A stretch of 64,000 nt of DNA from Schizochytrium sp. TIO01. Lineage: Eukaryota > Protista > Bigyra: Labyrinthulomycetes. Made by a program: the position numbers and the translations under genes. Shown piece by piece: positions 60,754 to 64,000 of this stretch (the stretch's first letter is position 1; the number at the start of each line of letters is the position of its first letter). The stretch is taken from assembly GCA_004764695.1 (NCBI GenBank), contig SMSO01000032.1, forward strand, positions 2,108,001 to 2,172,000. Reading direction: 5' to 3'. The notes beneath the pieces were generated by a model. The model saw nothing but the letters and a program-made list of their open reading frames with translations. It was not told the DNA's origin and searched no databases.

Positions 60754-61718
60754 CCTGCTGTGACTCTCGGCGCGCGCGACGTTATTGGTTAATTCCTTTT
60801 TCTCTCGTTTGCCTTCGACCTCCCTTCTTTACTTTTTCTTAAATTTTTTCCCGACACCACACTCCAGAGGCATCACCGCTGTAGTGGTCAAATAGGATAA
60901 ACAATAGAAGAAGACCATAGTTCCACGTGGACTGTGCTCTCGCAAATTGATTAAAGCTTTTATCTCAACAAGGCACACTACTTCAGGTACCTTGCCGCCA
61001 GCCAGCCAGCCACCCGAGCGAGATTAACCGTCTTCTCGCACGCAGTTGAGTGGAAAGGCTTGACAGCAGATAGGAGCAGCAAGCAACAAGACACTATCCA
61101 CAAGCAGTCCCTGCCTTTATTGAGGTCTAGCGTGGATCAAGTCTCCTTTCTTTCTCAACCGTTGCTAGCGAAAGACCGGATTGGTTCAATCAGGCATTCA
61201 CAGCATCGCGTTCCCAAGTAGTGTGTTCATCAGGCAACAACTACTTTTACAAACTAAAACAAAATAAGCGCTGGTCCTCCCGAAAGGAAAGAAATTACAG
61301 CTCAGCAAAGAAACAATCCGTGACGAGTGGCGGAGGACAGACAACTGAGCGGAACGCTACCAGCTAGCCACAAGGAGTGAACTATTACCTACCCTCAAGT
61401 AAGGGAGAGTGAGTGAGAGGAATTCCTTCTTGCTTGTTTGTATAACCAGCCAATTACCTTTCTCGTAAGAGTCGGGGGACCAGTCAACAGTTCTCGATTC
61501 GTTCGACAGAGGTCTGGGTACTGGGCACATTACTCGAACAGTAGGGAATCAAAAATACCTAACACTATCACAAATCCAGCAAACACCAAACTCTAAGTGG
61601 GGCAAAGGCACCAAACAGAGAAAAGCAAAACCAACACACGGCAAGCAAAGCAAGGTAGCTGACGAGCTGTTTAGTGCATAGTAAGAACTTTTGTATTCAA
61701 CAACAACAACAATACACA
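58266..61718 (+). promoter_or_regulatory. Putative very long AUG-depleted 5' leader of the zinc-finger gene, with candidate intron 59134-59928
   Basis: Only three plus-strand ATGs (59197, 59404, 59889), none from 59892 to 61718. Donor G|GTAAGT at 59134; GCTGAC branch at 59901; CACACAG acceptor ending 59928. Confidence 0.65.
60721..60753. repeat. (GTT)11 microsatellite
   Basis: Visible array. Confidence 0.95.
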
Positions 61719-62603
61719 ATGTCTAACACGTCCACGCAGGCCTTTAGTATTGCAAAGACCAGCCCTGTGCCGAAGCCAGGTAGCAGCAGCACCAATAACA
61801 CTCCTAGCCACAACCACGAAAGCAACAAGTCCAACAAAATGTACCGCTGCAAAACGTGTAACGAGGAATTCGTCCACAGAAATGTTCTCAAGACACACAA
61901 CGAGACGATGCACAGCTCAGTCCGTGTACCGTGCGACCAATGCGACAAGACCTTCACCACTAAGAGCTCTTTGCGCCTTCACAAGGAGGCCATCCACGAT
62001 GGTATCCGCTACCAGTGTAACTATTGCGACAAGAGCTTCGGACAACTCGGTAGCTTGCGCAGGCATATGAAGTCCATTCACCCCAGCATGAAGGCCGCCC
62101 GAGGAACCAACGATATCATGCGTAGTGCTAGTGAGAAGTCACAATCGGATGAGTCTACAATCAGCACTCCATCTCCGGTATCTCGGAGTCTTCCTCGCAC
62201 CCCTTCTGCTCTCGGCGCTGGTGACTCCTCCCCTCGGTCCACTGGATCCGAGTCCACTGCTTCGCTTCTTTCAGTATCTGGTTTCAATGTCTCTCCTTCG
62301 GAACTCAGCAAGTCGTCGAAGAAACGCCTTGCCCCCACAGATTTGATGAAGCAGTGGCCTGGTGCAAGTCCTAAGCAACGTCGTGCATCCACCGCATCTG
62401 CTTCCCCGATGCATCTTGAGGAATTCGCAGAGTTTTCTGACATGGAGGCTGAACAAGAGGAGGTAGAGGAAGAAGACTACCAGGATCAGCAGAATATTGA
62501 AGACGTTAACGAGGAGTCATACGAGGGTCCTTATCTAACCTTCAATTCTGCAGAGACACAGGCCATCGCCATCCTTGTCGGCATGCAAAATAATCTTCTT
62601 TAA
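61719..62603 (+). CDS. C2H2 zinc-finger transcription factor (3 fingers)
   Basis: First ATG at 61719 (ACACAATG). Fingers CKTC..HNETMH, CDQC..HKEAIH and CNYC..HMKSIH, then Ser-rich and acidic regions. Confidence 0.9.
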   Translation: MSNTSTQAFSIAKTSPVPKPGSSSTNNTPSHNHESNKSNKMYRCKTCNEEFVHRNVLKTHNETMHSSVRVPCDQCDKTFTTKSSLRLHKEAIHDGIRYQCNYCDKSFGQLGSLRRHMKSIHPSMKAARGTNDIMRSASEKSQSDESTISTPSPVSRSLPRTPSALGAGDSSPRSTGSESTASLLSVSGFNVSPSELSKSSKKRLAPTDLMKQWPGASPKQRRASTASASPMHLEEFAEFSDMEAEQEEVEEEDYQDQQNIEDVNEESYEGPYLTFNSAETQAIAILVGMQNNLL

Positions 62604-63679
62604 GCTTTTGCATTTATTGCGGTACCATATGTCCACTAGCCAAGCTTGGCACCATGCGCGAGGCTGAGCAAATTGTCTCCATTTTTTCGCGATCACCTAC
62701 CCCAACTTTTCATTTCAAGCTGGAAAGGTCTGACTACTCATTTTATTTTTCCATACCTTTTTTACCTACTGGGCGGACGCTCAAAGACACACTCGCCATG
62801 CCATCTCCTGTCAGAGCAGCATTCAAGAAAAAATACAGAATAGATCTTCTATATCTATTTTCTCAAATAGCGCTCTTATGGTTAACTAGATGGTGTGCTT
62901 TTCCCATGAAAACACATATGCTTTATGTGCATTTCTTTCTCTTTATACAACATGCTATGGCCCTCGCGTATCATGGTAGTATGAAAGAATATGTCTTTTG
63001 GGGCACGATTCCGCTCATATTTGTTGCCATACTTACTTTCCTTTTTTTCCCTTTTACAAATTACCTTTCTTTTAGCTATCAGCTCGCCTTCCATTTTTCT
63101 TTTCTTTTACTCACATTCTTTAGTACGATCACGAGACCGTTTATCCTCTTTTCTTACAAACTTTAAAGTAATTTGTTGTTTCTTTATTCTTCATCTTGTG
63201 ATTTCTATATTACTCTCCCTTGCAAGTTCAAGGTATACACTACAAAACCATTGCAGCGTTCAAACTACTGTCGCAACGCATACAAATCAACCCATACACA
63301 TTGAAAAATAATTTTATAAGTATGCCATAGTACATTTTGTTTTCATCATTTCAGAATTTTACTTGCAGCTTTTGCCACTTCAGAGTTGCAATCTTGAGAA
63401 CTTGGTTAGCAGGACTTCGAATGATCATCGGACTTTTGCTCGAAAGAGGTTTAACTATTCAAACATCGCCTCTACTGACCTCTTCTCTGGAGAAGTGAAA
63501 TCTCAAATTCTCCAATCCATCTACACCACACATGTTCACTGGCTATTCTCATGACAAGGGGCTTGTCATGGGTTTCGTAGGATTAATTGCACATGCCACT
63601 TCTTGACCTGAGGTGTTGTAAATGCTAGTTGGAAACCCGCGGCTTCAAAGCTTAGGTTGCACCGGTTCAGTAATTGCTT

Positions 63680-64000
63680 TCACATGTTAGCGCCCTCATC
63701 TTGAGTATTCTTTAGTCCCTTGATAAACAAACCCTTGCGAGATTTGTGGTCTTTCTTATTTTTCTTTTTCTTCTTTCTTCTCTTTTCCTCATCACGAGAA
63801 CCTATAGAATTGTTTTCGTTTTCCTCCTCATCATCACTCAAGTGAACTCGTTTACGATGTTCATTTTTAGTTTCAGTGGTGTCCATCTGCACATCATGAG
63901 AAAATTCATCAATGACAAGCCCTTCTTTTTCTTTGTGATTTCTTTTCCCCTTTTTGCGTTTCTTCTCATGTTTGCTCTTGCTAGAATGCTTTTTGGAGTT
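63680..64000 (-). CDS. 3' end of a Lys-rich, probably nuclear/nucleolar protein (5' part outside the window)
   Basis: Frame open from the window edge (NSKKHSSKSKHEKKRKKGK...) to TGA at 63680, 107 codons including stop. Confidence 0.65.
   Translation of the reverse strand, partial: NSKKHSSKSKHEKKRKKGKRNHKEKEGLVIDEFSHDVQMDTTETKNEHRKRVHLSDDEEENENNSIGSRDEEKRRKKKKKNKKDHKSRKGLFIKGLKNTQDEGANM

Noticed and set aside
62654-63166. 170-aa hydrophobic ORF after the zinc-finger gene
   Set aside because: Phe/Leu richness follows from T-rich 3' UTR composition, and it starts only 50 nt after the upstream stop.

Overview
Eukaryotic nuclear DNA from a compact, intron-poor protist. Short GT-AG introns with A/C-rich acceptors and microsatellite-rich spacers suggest a stramenopile, possibly a thraustochytrid; this is inference only. 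Bases 1-43.5 kb are gene-dense and encode a BART-domain protein, serine racemase, VPS45, SPCS2, a reticulon-like protein, a BC-box protein, an IQ/Sfi1-like protein, a bacterial-type P1B-5 (PCP/QExxD) metal ATPase, a tandem DH-PH-FYVE protein, a secreted Cys-rich protein, PRIM1, a ~3,325-aa USP9X/24/34-like deubiquitinase (two ORFs joined by a 61-nt intron), SIL1, an RWD-PARP fusion and RPC31/POLR3G. The first 12 genes alternate strand strictly. An ~18-kb non-coding desert (43.5-61.7 kb) precedes a C2H2 zinc-finger transcription factor, and the window ends in the 3' end of a Lys-rich gene. The strongest unexplained signals are non-coding. (i) The 3.45 kb upstream of the zinc-finger gene has only three plus-strand ATGs, all inside one plausible intron, and none in the last 1.83 kb; a similar ~1-kb ATG-free leader ending in an AUG-UGC-UGAUG micro-uORF precedes the USP gene. 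(ii) 3' regions carry sense-strand, G-U-containing hairpins, most extensively ~900 nt after RPC31. (iii) T-to-A polarised AT islands recur about every 2 kb in the desert, with a cluster of TCTTCGC motifs. No rRNA, tRNA, CRISPR array or intact mobile element was recognised. All counts and base pairings were made by eye and need computational confirmation.
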